64,000 nucleotides of DNA from an uncultured Methanoregulaceae archaeon (GCA_963841015.1 CAWJAX010000005.1:320001-384000); one strand, 5' to 3'. Positions 11,333 through 21,959 are shown, counted from the first letter of the stretch. Notes: a model not told the origin generated them from the sequence alone. Numbers and translations: made by a program.

Positions 11333-12501
11333 ACCAGATGTTCCTCTCTCCTGACGAAGAGAAGATGCTTGCCGGCGAGAACGGTGAGACCCTTCAAAAG
11401 ATGCTTGAACTTCTCGTAGCTCTGGGAAAGGTCTTTGGTGCCGAGCGTCTTGTCAGGATCAGAAGTGCTCAGATCAGCGGGGCTTCCTATAAAACAATTG
11501 GTGAATACGGGCTTGCATGGCTCTCGAGTCTTGATGCCCGTGCAGTAGTCCCGGCGGTGTTGAACCCCATTGGCATGCCGCGTGGACGCTGGAAGGAAAT
11601 GGGTATCGAACCCGGGTTTGCAGCGCGACAGCAGGCAGTGATCGCGGCATATGAACGGCTTGGGGTGAACCTTGAATGTACCTGCACTCCGTATTACCTG
11701 CATGAAACCTCCTTTGGCGATCATCTTGCATGGTCGGAATCATCAGCGGTCAGTTACGCAAACTCGGTCATCGGGGCACGGACAAACCGGGAGGGGGGGC
11801 CAGGTGCGCTTGCTGCAGCCCTGGTTGGAAAAACCCCCTGTTATGGGTTGCATCTTGATAAAAACCGTACACCCGATGTGGTCATCGAAATAAATTCCGA
11901 TGAAAAAGACTGGGGCATTGCCCGTTATGGTGCGCTTGGCTATCATACCGGGAAGCTGGTGGGAAATAAAATACCGTATTTTCTGGGTATTATTCCCAAT
12001 CATGACCAGCTGAAAGCACTCGGTGCTGCAATGGCGGCAACCGGGGCGGTGGCTCTCTATCATGTCAATGATGTAACCCCGGAGGCGAAGAAGAACCAGT
12101 ATAATATTTCAGACCTTGAGGTCATCAGTATCGAACCAGCTGATATTGACCAGCTTTTTACCGACATTCCTGTTGACGCAGTCGCTGTTGGCTGTCCGCA
12201 CTGCTCACCCGATGAACTTATTGAAATAGCCCGGCTCCTGAAAGGGAAAACCGTCACAAAACCTCTCTATATCTTTGCCGCACAGGGAGTTATTGGTTTC
12301 AATCGTGTGATCATCGATAAAATAGAGAAAAGTGGTGCGCGGGTTTATGCCGACACCTGTATGGTGGTCTCACCGGTAATGGAACAATACCCGGCAATTA
12401 TGGTAAACAGCGGTAAAGCGCTGGCCTATGTACCAGATATGTGCGGTGCGGTTGCCCGAATTGGCTCGATTGAAGAGTGCGTGGCCGTAGCAACCTCTTA
12501 A
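11329..12501 (+). CDS. Aconitase X catalytic subunit (phosphomevalonate dehydratase large subunit)
   Basis: [45 protein letters not shown]. Confidence 0.9.
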   Translation: MNQMFLSPDEEKMLAGENGETLQKMLELLVALGKVFGAERLVRIRSAQISGASYKTIGEYGLAWLSSLDARAVVPAVLNPIGMPRGRWKEMGIEPGFAARQQAVIAAYERLGVNLECTCTPYYLHETSFGDHLAWSESSAVSYANSVIGARTNREGGPGALAAALVGKTPCYGLHLDKNRTPDVVIEINSDEKDWGIARYGALGYHTGKLVGNKIPYFLGIIPNHDQLKALGAAMAATGAVALYHVNDVTPEAKKNQYNISDLEVISIEPADIDQLFTDIPVDAVAVGCPHCSPDELIEIARLLKGKTVTKPLYIFAAQGVIGFNRVIIDKIEKSGARVYADTCMVVSPVMEQYPAIMVNSGKALAYVPDMCGAVARIGSIEECVAVATS

Positions 12502-12572
12502 TCTGAGGTATCTTGTTCCAGACAATTTTTGAATAATACAGTTTTTAAGCTAATATTGAACAAAAAAGAAAG

Positions 12573-12920
12573 TTATTCCTTGATTGAGAGAAGAATTTTT
12601 TTTATCTCTGCAACCGCAGCCGGTTCCGGATTCTTTCCCGGGCCAACACCCTCCCCGTAGGAAAGGATTTTCCGGACATCATTTTTTTTCATATTGCCAA
12701 AGGGTACATCAGCCCAGATTTTCTGATCAATTACATTCCAGGTGCATTGCAACAGGTGCCCGAGGAGATCAATATCTTCACGGGTAAACGAACTCCACTC
12801 AGTTCCTACCCCATGTTTTATTTTTTTTATTGCCTCTTCCACACTCTTTTCACGGTGAACATGGTACATCCGTCTTCCAATCTCTTTCTGCGAAACATCC
12901 GGCATTGTGTTCTCCTCCAT
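12573..12920 (-). CDS. Hypothetical protein (paralogue of 13094..13423)
   Basis: Shares GRR.(Y/F).V..EK.VE.A..KI.H..GTEW.S and the downstream Trp/Phe pattern with the divergent neighbour. Confidence 0.8.
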   Translation of the reverse strand: MEENTMPDVSQKEIGRRMYHVHREKSVEEAIKKIKHGVGTEWSSFTREDIDLLGHLLQCTWNVIDQKIWADVPFGNMKKNDVRKILSYGEGVGPGKNPEPAAVAEIKKILLSIKE

Positions 12921-13093
12921 TTATTCATTTGGGGATGATGAATCAATTCCATTCCCTGTCTATATACTTTGTGGCGAACAATACAGCACCCGGGTCCATT
13001 GCTGATAGATAATAGAAAAATTTTCCTGATAAAAGCAGAAATGCGGAAAACAATATTAACCAGTAACGGAATACTTCCCACAAATCATAACCC

Positions 13094-13423
13094 ATGTACG
13101 GAACCACCGATGATACTCTGGGAAGAAGGCTTTTCCAGGTACAGAAAGAAAAAGCAGTCGAAGATGCTTTGGAGAAGATACGGCATACAACAGGAACCGA
13201 GTGGAATTCGGTTTCCTCGTCCGATTCTGAGGTTCTTAAAGAGATTCTGGGGGAAGTATGGACATCTATCGACCGACATCAATGGGGGAACTATAGTTTC
13301 TCAAAATTATCAATAAATGATATCCGTTCCCTGATCACTATCGGAAAAACGGTGAAAGCCAAACCCCCCTTGACGAATGATATGCTGAAGCTGCTAGATA
13401 ATATATTAAGTAATAGAATATAA
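13094..13423 (+). CDS. Hypothetical protein (paralogue of 12573..12920)
   Basis: End-to-end similarity to the divergent neighbour. Confidence 0.8.
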   Translation: MYGTTDDTLGRRLFQVQKEKAVEDALEKIRHTTGTEWNSVSSSDSEVLKEILGEVWTSIDRHQWGNYSFSKLSINDIRSLITIGKTVKAKPPLTNDMLKLLDNILSNRI

Positions 13424-13535
13424 TTAAATTTATTAAAATCTCTTTTCATACAGCCCGAAATTCATCATGATTCTACACGATACTTTTATGCTGGATGACC
13501 TGTTAGGATACTATCATTCAGGGGAGGATAAAAAA

Positions 13536-13754
13536 ATGGTTGGTTGGGAGGTTCCTATTGGTGCAGCAATCGCCTTTGCCGCAGGAGCGATTGCAACAGG
13601 ATGGGCACAGTCACGGATTGGTGCTGCCGGAGCAGGAGCAATTGCGGAAAAACCTGAGACCGCAGGTTCAATCATCATTATCGAAGCGATCCCGGAAACA
13701 CTGGTCATCCTGGGATTTGTGATTGCATCGATGATCATCCTGATGGTCAAATAA
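13536..13754 (+). CDS. atpK: A/V-type ATPase proteolipid subunit K (c), single hairpin
   Basis: AQSRIGAAGAGAIAEKPE...IPETLVILG; GGGGAGG RBS upstream of ATG 13536. Confidence 0.92.
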   Translation: MVGWEVPIGAAIAFAAGAIATGWAQSRIGAAGAGAIAEKPETAGSIIIIEAIPETLVILGFVIASMIILMVK

Positions 13755-13815
13755 TCTGACAACAGTAGCAGCCAAGTGTCACATCGCGTTCCCGAATTCA
13801 ACAACTTTTCTCCGG

Positions 13816-13842
13816 GCTCCCGAACCGGGAATAAACGGGAGC
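13816..13842 (+). promoter_or_regulatory. GC-rich stem-loop in the atpK-atpE spacer
   Basis: GCTCCCG-N13-CGGGAGC inverted repeat. Confidence 0.35.
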
Positions 13843-13894
13843 ATTCCAGGCACCTCTGGTCATGGAGGAGTCATTAACATAAGCGGGTGAAGCA

Positions 13895-14479
13895 ATGGCA
13901 TACGAAAACCTGTTAAAATCTGTTGATGAGAGCGCGCAGGAAAAGGAGCGCGAGCTCAGAGAAAAAGCACGCAGTGCTGTAGAATTAATCTCTCAGGATA
14001 CCAAGAATCAGGTAACTGAGATACAACAGTTGCTTCTGGCAGAGGCAAAAAAGGCTGCTACCATTGAGAAAAATAAACTTTTCTATCTCACAAAAGGCGA
14101 GAATAAGGAAAAACTGATCAAAACAAAACAGGGGATCTTTTCAACAGCATCTGCTGAAGCGGAACAGCGTCTCTCACACGTACGAAAGGATCCGAAGTAT
14201 CCGGATATCTTAAAAAAACTTACTATCGAAGCAGTCGGAGCTCTTGAAGGAGAGACATTCCGTATCCACATTGACAAACGGGACGAAAAGCTCATAAAAA
14301 AGATACTATCCGAATTACATCTGTCAGGAGAAGTCATTGCGGATCTCACTTGTTCCGGTGGTCTTGTTGTCAGCACACAGAATGAATCCATAAAAATATC
14401 AAATACTTTTGAATCACGCCTGGAGAGGGTAAAAGAACAAAAAAAACTCGAAATCTATGCAGTCCTGTACGGTGATTGA
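13895..14479 (+). CDS. atpE: A/V-type ATPase subunit E
   Basis: Coiled-coil N-terminus, C-terminal GGLVV...ISNTFESRL; operon position. Confidence 0.88.
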   Translation: MAYENLLKSVDESAQEKERELREKARSAVELISQDTKNQVTEIQQLLLAEAKKAATIEKNKLFYLTKGENKEKLIKTKQGIFSTASAEAEQRLSHVRKDPKYPDILKKLTIEAVGALEGETFRIHIDKRDEKLIKKILSELHLSGEVIADLTCSGGLVVSTQNESIKISNTFESRLERVKEQKKLEIYAVLYGD

Positions 14480-14480
14480 C

Positions 14481-15530
14481 ATGGATTACGGGTATGTGAA
14501 TGCACGAATCCGCGGAATGAAAAGCCGTCTCCTTGACCGTCACACACTCGAAGATTTGATTTTTCAACCCGATCTCGATTCTCTGATTTCTGATCTTGAA
14601 AAAACCCCTTATAAGGAGGATATTATAGAGTCAAAAGTCCTGTACCAGGGAGTCCTTTGTATCGAATATGCATTGAGAAAAAATTTTGTCAGAACATTCC
14701 AGAAAATCCTCGAGTATGTCAGGGAAAGCGAAGCAGAACGGTTTATCAGGATATTCCTGCACCGCTGGGATGTCCAGAACATAAAAACCATTCTCCGTGG
14801 CAAAAATATCCACATCACCAATGATGAAATTCTCGATTGTCTTGTACCCGCCGGCGAACTTGATGAGGTGACACTCAACGAACTTGTCCGGCAGCCTGAT
14901 GTCAGGGCAGTCATCGATATGCTTGCAACCTGGGAAATCGTGTATGCAAAACCCTTAACCGAAAAATTTCCTGAGTATTTTGAAAAAAGTGATCTTGCCG
15001 TGCTTGAATGTGCACTTGATAAATATTATTATAAGGATGCCCTGGAGTCGGTAAAAACCACGTCCTATAACACTATGCTGATCCGTAATATCCTCGCAAC
15101 AGAGATTGACGTTGTAAACCTCAGGACCATTTTTCGCATGATCCGCGACCACGTTGATAGTGAAGAAGCACAGGAATTTCTGATAGAGGGAGGCAAGGAA
15201 CTACCTCTGAAAAAATTACATCAATTTATTGCACTGCATTCTATTGAAGATGTCCTCAAAGAACTGGAACAAACCCCGTACCGGTTCCTTGCAGAGGTTC
15301 CCGAAATTGCCATAAAAACACAAAAAATTTCCGTCATCGAAAAGCAACTGGAAAAATTCCTGGTAAAAAAAGGAGTAAATGCATTTTCAGGAGATCCCCT
15401 GAGTATTGCCTCAGTTATCGGATATTTCTGGGCAAAGTATAACGAAATAACCAATATCCGGATTATTTCACGGTGTAAAACGGTGGATCTCCCTGATGAA
15501 CAGCTCAAAGAGGAACTGGTGTATGTATAA
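14481..15530 (+). CDS. atpC: A/V-type ATPase subunit C (d)
   Basis: YGYVNARIRGMKSRLL, RWDVQNIKTILRG, EIDVVNL, NEITNIRII. Confidence 0.92.
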   Translation: MDYGYVNARIRGMKSRLLDRHTLEDLIFQPDLDSLISDLEKTPYKEDIIESKVLYQGVLCIEYALRKNFVRTFQKILEYVRESEAERFIRIFLHRWDVQNIKTILRGKNIHITNDEILDCLVPAGELDEVTLNELVRQPDVRAVIDMLATWEIVYAKPLTEKFPEYFEKSDLAVLECALDKYYYKDALESVKTTSYNTMLIRNILATEIDVVNLRTIFRMIRDHVDSEEAQEFLIEGGKELPLKKLHQFIALHSIEDVLKELEQTPYRFLAEVPEIAIKTQKISVIEKQLEKFLVKKGVNAFSGDPLSIASVIGYFWAKYNEITNIRIISRCKTVDLPDEQLKEELVYV

Positions 15531-15843
15531 ATTTGTCATCGTAACGGATAGCGATCGTGCTTCAGGGTTCCGGCTGGCAGGAGTTGAAGTGCTGGAAGCG
15601 GGCAGTTTGGAGGAAGCGAAAAAAGTAATTTCGCCTCTGTTATACAAAGACGATATCGGGATCGTCGCGGTAAACGAGGAGTACATGCTCACCCTTGATG
15701 AGAAACTGATGACCCGTATTGAAAAACTGGCCCGCCCGCTCATCATCCCCATCCCTTCGAAATCAAAGGAACTCGACAGGAGATCGTATATCGAGCGGCT
15801 TTTACGAAAGGCAATTGGTTACAACATCGTCCTGAGGAGGTGA
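15523..15843 (+). CDS. atpF: A/V-type ATPase subunit F
   Basis: GFRLAGV, DIGIV, RKAIG motifs. Confidence 0.92.
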   Translation: MYKFVIVTDSDRASGFRLAGVEVLEAGSLEEAKKVISPLLYKDDIGIVAVNEEYMLTLDEKLMTRIEKLARPLIIPIPSKSKELDRRSYIERLLRKAIGYNIVLRR

Positions 15844-15847
15844 AGGT

Positions 15848-17587
15848 ATGATTTCTGGCACAATCTCGAGAATTTCCGGCCCTGTCATCATCGCCCGCGA
15901 AATGAACGGGTCAAAAATGTATGATGTGGTCAAAGTTGGCAATGAGGAGTTGAGAGGGGAGATTATTCGCCTGGAAGGTAACAACGCGGTTATCCAGGTT
16001 TATGAAGATACGACCGGACTAACCCTCGGTGAAAAAGTAGAGAATACGGAGACCCCCCTCTCCGTTGAACTCGGCCCTGGTCTTCTCGCCTCAATTTATG
16101 ACGGTGTACAGCGTCCGCTTCCGGTCCTCCTTGAAAAATGCGGGAATTTTATTGAACGGGGGATCTCGGCCCCTGGACTTGACCGTCAGAAGAAATGGGA
16201 GTTTTTTGCGTCAGTAAAAAAAGGTGACACACTCTTTGAAGGTGACGTGATCGGGATTGTCAGGGAATTTCATTTTGAGCACAGGATCCTTGTGCCCCCT
16301 AAAATCTCCGGTAAGGTGACCACGATTAATACCGGGTCGTTTACAGTCGAAGAGATCATTTGTGTCCTGGATGATAAGATCCCGTTGTCTATGATGCAGG
16401 TCTGGCCGGTCAGGATCCCGCGACCAATACAAAAAAAGCTGGATCCCATACTGCCCCTGATCACCGGCCAGAGAGTGTTTGATTGTATTTTCCCTGTCAC
16501 AAAAGGGGGTACAGCTATGATTCCGGGCGGTTTTGGAACTGGAAAGACCGTATCGGAACAGACCCTTGCCAAGTGGTCCGATACACAGATCGTGGTTTAT
16601 ATCGGGTGTGGGGAACGGGGGAATGAGATGACTGATGTCCTGGCCGAATTCCCGGAACTTATCGATCCACGGACAAATCTCCCGCTTATCGAACGTACGA
16701 TTCTTATCGCAAACACTTCTAATATGCCGGTTGCTGCCCGTGAGGCATCGATTTATACGGGGATTACCATCGCAGAGTATTTCCGGGATATGGGGTACGA
16801 TGTTGCGCTGATGGCTGATTCAACGTCACGTTGGGGTGAGGCACTGCGTGAAGTATCCGGACGACTGGAAGAGATGCCCGGTGAGGAAGGCTATCCTGCT
16901 TACCTCGCCACACGACTTTCCGCTTTTTATGAACGCGCAGGCAGGGTAGTGTGTATCGGTGCGGGGGAAAGAACGGGCTCTGTTACTGTTGTCGGTGCAG
17001 TATCACCTCCCGGGGGAGACTTCTCTGAGCCAATCACCCAGAACACATTGCGGGTTGTCGGTACATTCTGGGCACTGGATACCAACCTCGCCTACCGCAG
17101 GCACTTCCCCTCGGTCAACTGGATAAAAAGTTACTCCCTGTATCTTGACAGTATCGGGGATTGGTATGTCGAGCATGTAGCAAAAGACTGGCGGGAGCTC
17201 AGGGAAAAAACCATGTACCTTTTACAAAAAGAAGTCGAACTCCAGGAAATCGTCCAGCTGGTTGGCCCGGATGCTTTGCCTGAGAGCGAAAAGGCAATTC
17301 TTGAAGTAACGAGAATGATACGCGAGGACTTCCTCCAGCAGAGCGCCTATAGCGACACCGATTCGTTCTGTCCCATGGAAAAGCAGTATCTGATGCTCAA
17401 GGTGATTATGACGTACTTTTCCCAGGTCAATGAGGTTATGAACCGGGGAATCTCATTAAAACAAATCCAGTCACTTCCCCTTAAAACAAACATAGGGCGG
17501 ATGAAAGATATCCAGGTTCTTGAAAACATCAGGAAAATGATTGATGATGTCAGCCAGGAGCTCGCAACACTTGAGGTGGAAAAATGA
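15848..17587 (+). CDS. atpA: A/V-type ATPase catalytic subunit A
   Basis: P-loop GGFGTGKT, GCGERGNEM, ANTSNMPVAAREASIYTG, EEGYPAYL. Confidence 0.97.
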   Translation: MISGTISRISGPVIIAREMNGSKMYDVVKVGNEELRGEIIRLEGNNAVIQVYEDTTGLTLGEKVENTETPLSVELGPGLLASIYDGVQRPLPVLLEKCGNFIERGISAPGLDRQKKWEFFASVKKGDTLFEGDVIGIVREFHFEHRILVPPKISGKVTTINTGSFTVEEIICVLDDKIPLSMMQVWPVRIPRPIQKKLDPILPLITGQRVFDCIFPVTKGGTAMIPGGFGTGKTVSEQTLAKWSDTQIVVYIGCGERGNEMTDVLAEFPELIDPRTNLPLIERTILIANTSNMPVAAREASIYTGITIAEYFRDMGYDVALMADSTSRWGEALREVSGRLEEMPGEEGYPAYLATRLSAFYERAGRVVCIGAGERTGSVTVVGAVSPPGGDFSEPITQNTLRVVGTFWALDTNLAYRRHFPSVNWIKSYSLYLDSIGDWYVEHVAKDWRELREKTMYLLQKEVELQEIVQLVGPDALPESEKAILEVTRMIREDFLQQSAYSDTDSFCPMEKQYLMLKVIMTYFSQVNEVMNRGISLKQIQSLPLKTNIGRMKDIQVLENIRKMIDDVSQELATLEVEK

Positions 17588-18986
17588 AGCAGGCATCCCT
17601 TCTCACCAAAGATTACCAGACTATCACTTATGTATCAGGTCCCCTGATATTTGTCAGCAATGTTAAAGGGGCCTCATTTGGCGAGATCGTCAGGATTTTT
17701 CTTAAGGATGGTGATGAACGGACCGGGCAGGTTCTAGACATCTCCGAAGAAATGGCCGTCATCCAGGTATTTGAGGGTACACGGGGCATTGACACCCAGG
17801 TAACGAAGGTCCGGTTCACCGGCGAACCCGCCCGGATCAATGTATCCCTCGATATGCTGGGCCGTGTGTTCAATGGTGTTGGCAAGGCGCGTGATGGAGG
17901 CCCGGATATTATACCGGAATCCGCTCTTGATATCGCCGGAACCCCTATAAATCCCTCAGCCCGGGATAAACCTGCAGATTTCATACAGACCGGTATGTCC
18001 ACGATAGACGGTCTGAATACCCTTGTACGGGTCAGAAGCTGCCCATCTTCTCCGGCTCCGGTCTGCCCGCCAGCAAACTTGCTGCACAGATTGCCCGACA
18101 GGCTAAAGTCCTTGGCGAGGGCGAGCAGTTTGCGGTCGTTTTTGTGGCTATGGGAATCACTCATAAAGAAGCCTCCTTCTTCATACGGGATTTTGAAAGC
18201 ACCGGCGCGTTGGAACGTGTGGTCTTTTTCATGAACCTGGCAGATGATCCAACGGTTGAACGCCTGGCAGCACCTCGCTGCGGGCTTACGGTTGCTGAAT
18301 TTCTGGCATTCACCCACAACCTTCATGTGCTGGTGATCCTGACGGACATGATCAATTACTGTGAAGCCCTCCGGGAGATCTCTACAGCCCGCGAAGAAGT
18401 GCCTGGCAGGCGGGGGTATCCTGGCTACATGTATACCGATCTTTCATCTATTTATGAGCGGGCCGGCAGGCTGAAAGGAAAGACCGGTTCCATCACCCAA
18501 ATTCCCATCCTGACGATGCCGGATGATGATATTACCCATCCCGTCCCTGATCTGACCGGATATATTACCGAAGGGCAGATTGTTCTCTCCCGTGACCTGT
18601 ATCGCAGGGGTGCGGACCCGCCGGTTGATGCGCTACCCTGCCTTTCAAGGCTTATGAATCTGGGGATAGGTCCGGGAAAAACCCGGGAAGACCACCGGGG
18701 GGTTGCTGACCAGCTGTATGCATCCTATGCCTATGGGAGAGACCTCCGCAGGCTCGTGGCCATAGTCGGGGAAGAAGCCCTCACTGAGATGGACAAAAAA
18801 TACCTGAAGTTTGCAGATGAGATAGAAAAAAATTTCATCTCTCAAGGGGATGAAGATCGCTCCATTGAAAAAACTCTTTCGATTGCCTGGGACCTCTTTG
18901 CTATTCTCCCGGAAGTTGAGCTCAAGCGGATTAAACGTGAGTATATCAAAAAATATCACCCTGCGCATAAAGGAAAGGAAGGATGA
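17584..18986 (+). CDS. atpB: A/V-type ATPase subunit B (frameshift near 18030)
   Basis: [20 protein letters not shown] then [12 protein letters not shown] in the next frame, [23 protein letters not shown]. Confidence 0.95.
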
Positions 18987-18989
18987 GCT

Positions 18990-19649
18990 ATGGAGCAGGT
19001 AAAACCGACAAGAATGGAGCTGATGAAAAAAAAGGCCCAGATAAAACTTGCAGAACAGGGTCGGGATCTCCTGCGGGAAAAAATGGATGCACTCATACAG
19101 GAATTTTTTAAAATCCTGACCACCGTTTCAAACTCCAGAGAAGAGCTTGAGCAGGTTTCCCGCGCCGCGGACCTTGCCCTCCTGATAGCGCAGTCCGTTG
19201 ATGACCCGGTTGCATTAAAATCAGCATCCTTTGCTACCCGCAAATCGATTACCGTAGATATCAGCGGGAAAAACATTATGGGGGTACCTGTTCCGGTTAT
19301 TGAGAAAAAACGCGTCTCAAAAAGCATGATGGAGAGGGGATACGGTATCATATCAACAAGTGGCAGAATCGATGAAACTGCGGAGCGATTTGAAGCTGAA
19401 CTTGATCTTCTCATTGAGCTGGCTGAAACAGAAACTGCCATGAGAAGACTTGGTACAGAAATCCAGATGAACAGGCGTCGGGTGAACGCTCTTGAACAGA
19501 TCCTGATACCTGAATTGAAAAACCAGGCAAAGTATATTAAAAATGCAATTGAGGAGCGCGAGAGAGAGGATCTGTTCAGACTGAAGAAAGTAAAAACGAT
19601 TATAGAAAGAAAGAAAAAAGCTGCAAAGAAAAAACTCTCTCACCCATAA
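18990..19649 (+). CDS. atpD: A/V-type ATPase subunit D
   Basis: KPTRMEL, NIMGVPVP, RRVNALE, ERERE..FRLKK. Confidence 0.95.
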   Translation: MEQVKPTRMELMKKKAQIKLAEQGRDLLREKMDALIQEFFKILTTVSNSREELEQVSRAADLALLIAQSVDDPVALKSASFATRKSITVDISGKNIMGVPVPVIEKKRVSKSMMERGYGIISTSGRIDETAERFEAELDLLIELAETETAMRRLGTEIQMNRRRVNALEQILIPELKNQAKYIKNAIEEREREDLFRLKKVKTIIERKKKAAKKKLSHP

Positions 19650-19660
19650 CAGAGCGCCGG

Positions 19661-21604
19661 TTATCCTGGTATTTGATTTTCGATACCACTTTGAATCTCT
19701 TTTTTGAAAGGTTTGTATGCAATGCCTCCTCCCTGATAAAATTTTGAGAAAAACTCCACAAGATGCAGTCGCACGGAATGGATTGAGGGGGAGAACATGG
19801 CAAGAACAATATTTAGCGCGTGCAGGAGTACAGCTATGAGAATTCCGACTGCCAGGATTTCTATCTCTCCTCCGAGTTTATTTGCCACAAAAGCCAGTAT
19901 CACCGATGCCAGACCAATTGCCATCAACCTGGCATAAGATAGAATATTTCCTACCGAACTCATGATCTCCAGGGGCCCCATAGCTCCGGCACCATAGATA
20001 ATCAACAGAAGTGCACCGATGAAAATAATGACCGTAGGATAGAGCATCCATGCAGGAATCATCCCAAGAGCAAGGAAAATGATGCTGATAAGTCCTGAAA
20101 GTGCAAGCAGCATCCCCACCTTTTCTGAAAGGTGTTTTTTGTTTTTCCGGGTAACCTCGTTGATAATTCCGATGATAAGGCCCAAAAAGACATGGATAAC
20201 CCCAATCGCAAGGGCAAATATCAGCATGGGTAGTATTGCCTCCAGCCGGTTCCAGGTCACTCCGAGGTAATGAACCGGATGCAGCCATCCCATCATCTCA
20301 CCGAAATCACCAAATATTTCGCCATAAATAACTCCGAAAATTATTGTTGAAATTGCTGAGATTGTCAGGATATCTGCGAGATTTCTTACAAACTCGATAG
20401 TCCCAAGCTTCTTTTTAATAGCCAGCGCGAAAGCAAGGATAACCAGGCCGTACCCGATGTCACCCACCATAATCCCAAAAAACAGGGGGAAAAATAACGC
20501 AATGAAAGGGGAGGGATCAATTTCCCTGTACCTGGGAGGGCGGACCAGTTGCATGATGGATTCAAATGGCTTTACCCACCGGGGGTTATCATAAAAGGTG
20601 GGGGCTTTTTCCATCTCTTCAGCGCTTACATCCAGTTCCCGGATGATAACCATGTCTCCAAATGCATTTTTTATGGTATCTTTTATACGATGCAGAAATT
20701 TTTTCGGGATCCATCCCATAACGACAAACGTGAATTCTGAATGGCCAAATTTATTGAACTCCCCGAGTTCCGCGCCAATATCTTCAAAGGTTTTTTTAAG
20801 GACTACCAGTTCCTGGTACCATGCGATCGATAGTTTTGTAAGTTTTTCATCAATTACTGTTATCTCCTGGGATTTCTGGAGCTTATTTGTTTCAATTCCG
20901 GCAAACATCTCATAAAACGGTTTTCCCATGTATTCCTGCGGGAGACGGACTTCGTTGACATTCACTGAAAAAATAAATGAATGAACCTGTTGGGAATAGC
21001 GTTTATGGAAGATCATGAGGGTGGCGAGTGTCTCTTCATCTACTGAAGTCGAGGACATCTCAAACCGATTACCGGTGATCTTCGCCATCTCCTCTCTGAT
21101 GAGGGCTAATATATCCTCAAACTGTTTCTGAATAAGAAGAATAGTTACTTCATAGTTTTCGAGAACGGGAATTTCACGTTCCATAGGCTGGATAATATTG
21201 AGGATTTTTGCATACCTTTCCAGCGTGGTAATGGACAATTTCAGATCGCTTTTCTTTGTTGCCAGGTCTTTTGTGACGTATTCGAGTTCATGGATCACTT
21301 CTTTTGCCTGCTGAATTATTTCATCCCGGGTTTTGTCCTGCAAATCATGGTTAATACGCGCCTGAGCTGCTGCATCATCCGGGATTTTGGGAAGTGTGGC
21401 CAGGATTACGGAAATTTTACTTGCTATTTCTGCGATTTCTACGGTTTTCCCCTTTTCGACACGGGAGAGATGAATCTCTTCGGGAGACACACACTGGCTG
21501 ACATCTTCAAGATGAATCGTGGCCTCGTGATATAACAGGTCAACTACGTGGTTGAACTCCTTTTTAGGCCCTATTACCTGGATCCTTTTCATCTTCTGGA
21601 GCAT
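19661..21604 (-). CDS. atpI: A/V-type ATPase subunit I (a)
   Basis: GWIP, PPRYREIDP, FFGIMVGDIGYG, LSYARL (essential Arg), RLHLVEFFSKFY. Confidence 0.95.
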   Translation of the reverse strand: MLQKMKRIQVIGPKKEFNHVVDLLYHEATIHLEDVSQCVSPEEIHLSRVEKGKTVEIAEIASKISVILATLPKIPDDAAAQARINHDLQDKTRDEIIQQAKEVIHELEYVTKDLATKKSDLKLSITTLERYAKILNIIQPMEREIPVLENYEVTILLIQKQFEDILALIREEMAKITGNRFEMSSTSVDEETLATLMIFHKRYSQQVHSFIFSVNVNEVRLPQEYMGKPFYEMFAGIETNKLQKSQEITVIDEKLTKLSIAWYQELVVLKKTFEDIGAELGEFNKFGHSEFTFVVMGWIPKKFLHRIKDTIKNAFGDMVIIRELDVSAEEMEKAPTFYDNPRWVKPFESIMQLVRPPRYREIDPSPFIALFFPLFFGIMVGDIGYGLVILAFALAIKKKLGTIEFVRNLADILTISAISTIIFGVIYGEIFGDFGEMMGWLHPVHYLGVTWNRLEAILPMLIFALAIGVIHVFLGLIIGIINEVTRKNKKHLSEKVGMLLALSGLISIIFLALGMIPAWMLYPTVIIFIGALLLIIYGAGAMGPLEIMSSVGNILSYARLMAIGLASVILAFVANKLGGEIEILAVGILIAVLLHALNIVLAMFSPSIHSVRLHLVEFFSKFYQGGGIAYKPFKKEIQSGIENQIPG

Positions 21605-21628
21605 AACCCTCTCCGTGTAGTATCCGGA

Positions 21629-21949
21629 CTATTCCATGATCACATAGCCAACGATTTTTTCCACCGCTTGTGTGCGATTCTTCTCCCCTTTGATCCTTGC
21701 CACTTCCGTTTCAATGGTTGCCGCTTTTTTCATCCGTTCGATTTCTTTTTCAGTGTTTTGTTTTTCCTTCCGGTAGAGGTCATCAGCTGCGGTCTTACCT
21801 GATTGTCCTGCATCACTGATCGTTGCCTCCCGTTCGCTTCGTGCCGCTGCGATTTGTGCATCTGTTTCTTGTTTTACCGTTTCGATCTTTTTTGAAAATT
21901 CCTGTTCTTTATCCCGTATCTGCTGCAGCAGAGTCTTCTCCTCTTCCAT
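21629..21949 (-). CDS. atpH: A/V-type ATPase subunit H (G), peripheral stalk
   Basis: About 106-aa charged coiled coil (LQQIRDKEQE...AVEKIV) directly upstream of atpI; GGAGG RBS. Confidence 0.8.
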   Translation of the reverse strand: MEEEKTLLQQIRDKEQEFSKKIETVKQETDAQIAAARSEREATISDAGQSGKTAADDLYRKEKQNTEKEIERMKKAATIETEVARIKGEKNRTQAVEKIVGYVIME

Positions 21950-21959
21950 ATATCCTCCA

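Noticed and set aside
17584-18986. Split atpB as a pseudogene or programmed frameshift
   Set aside because: One G is missing from a G run, both halves are otherwise fully conserved, and there is no slippery heptamer. It fits the window-wide indel pattern.
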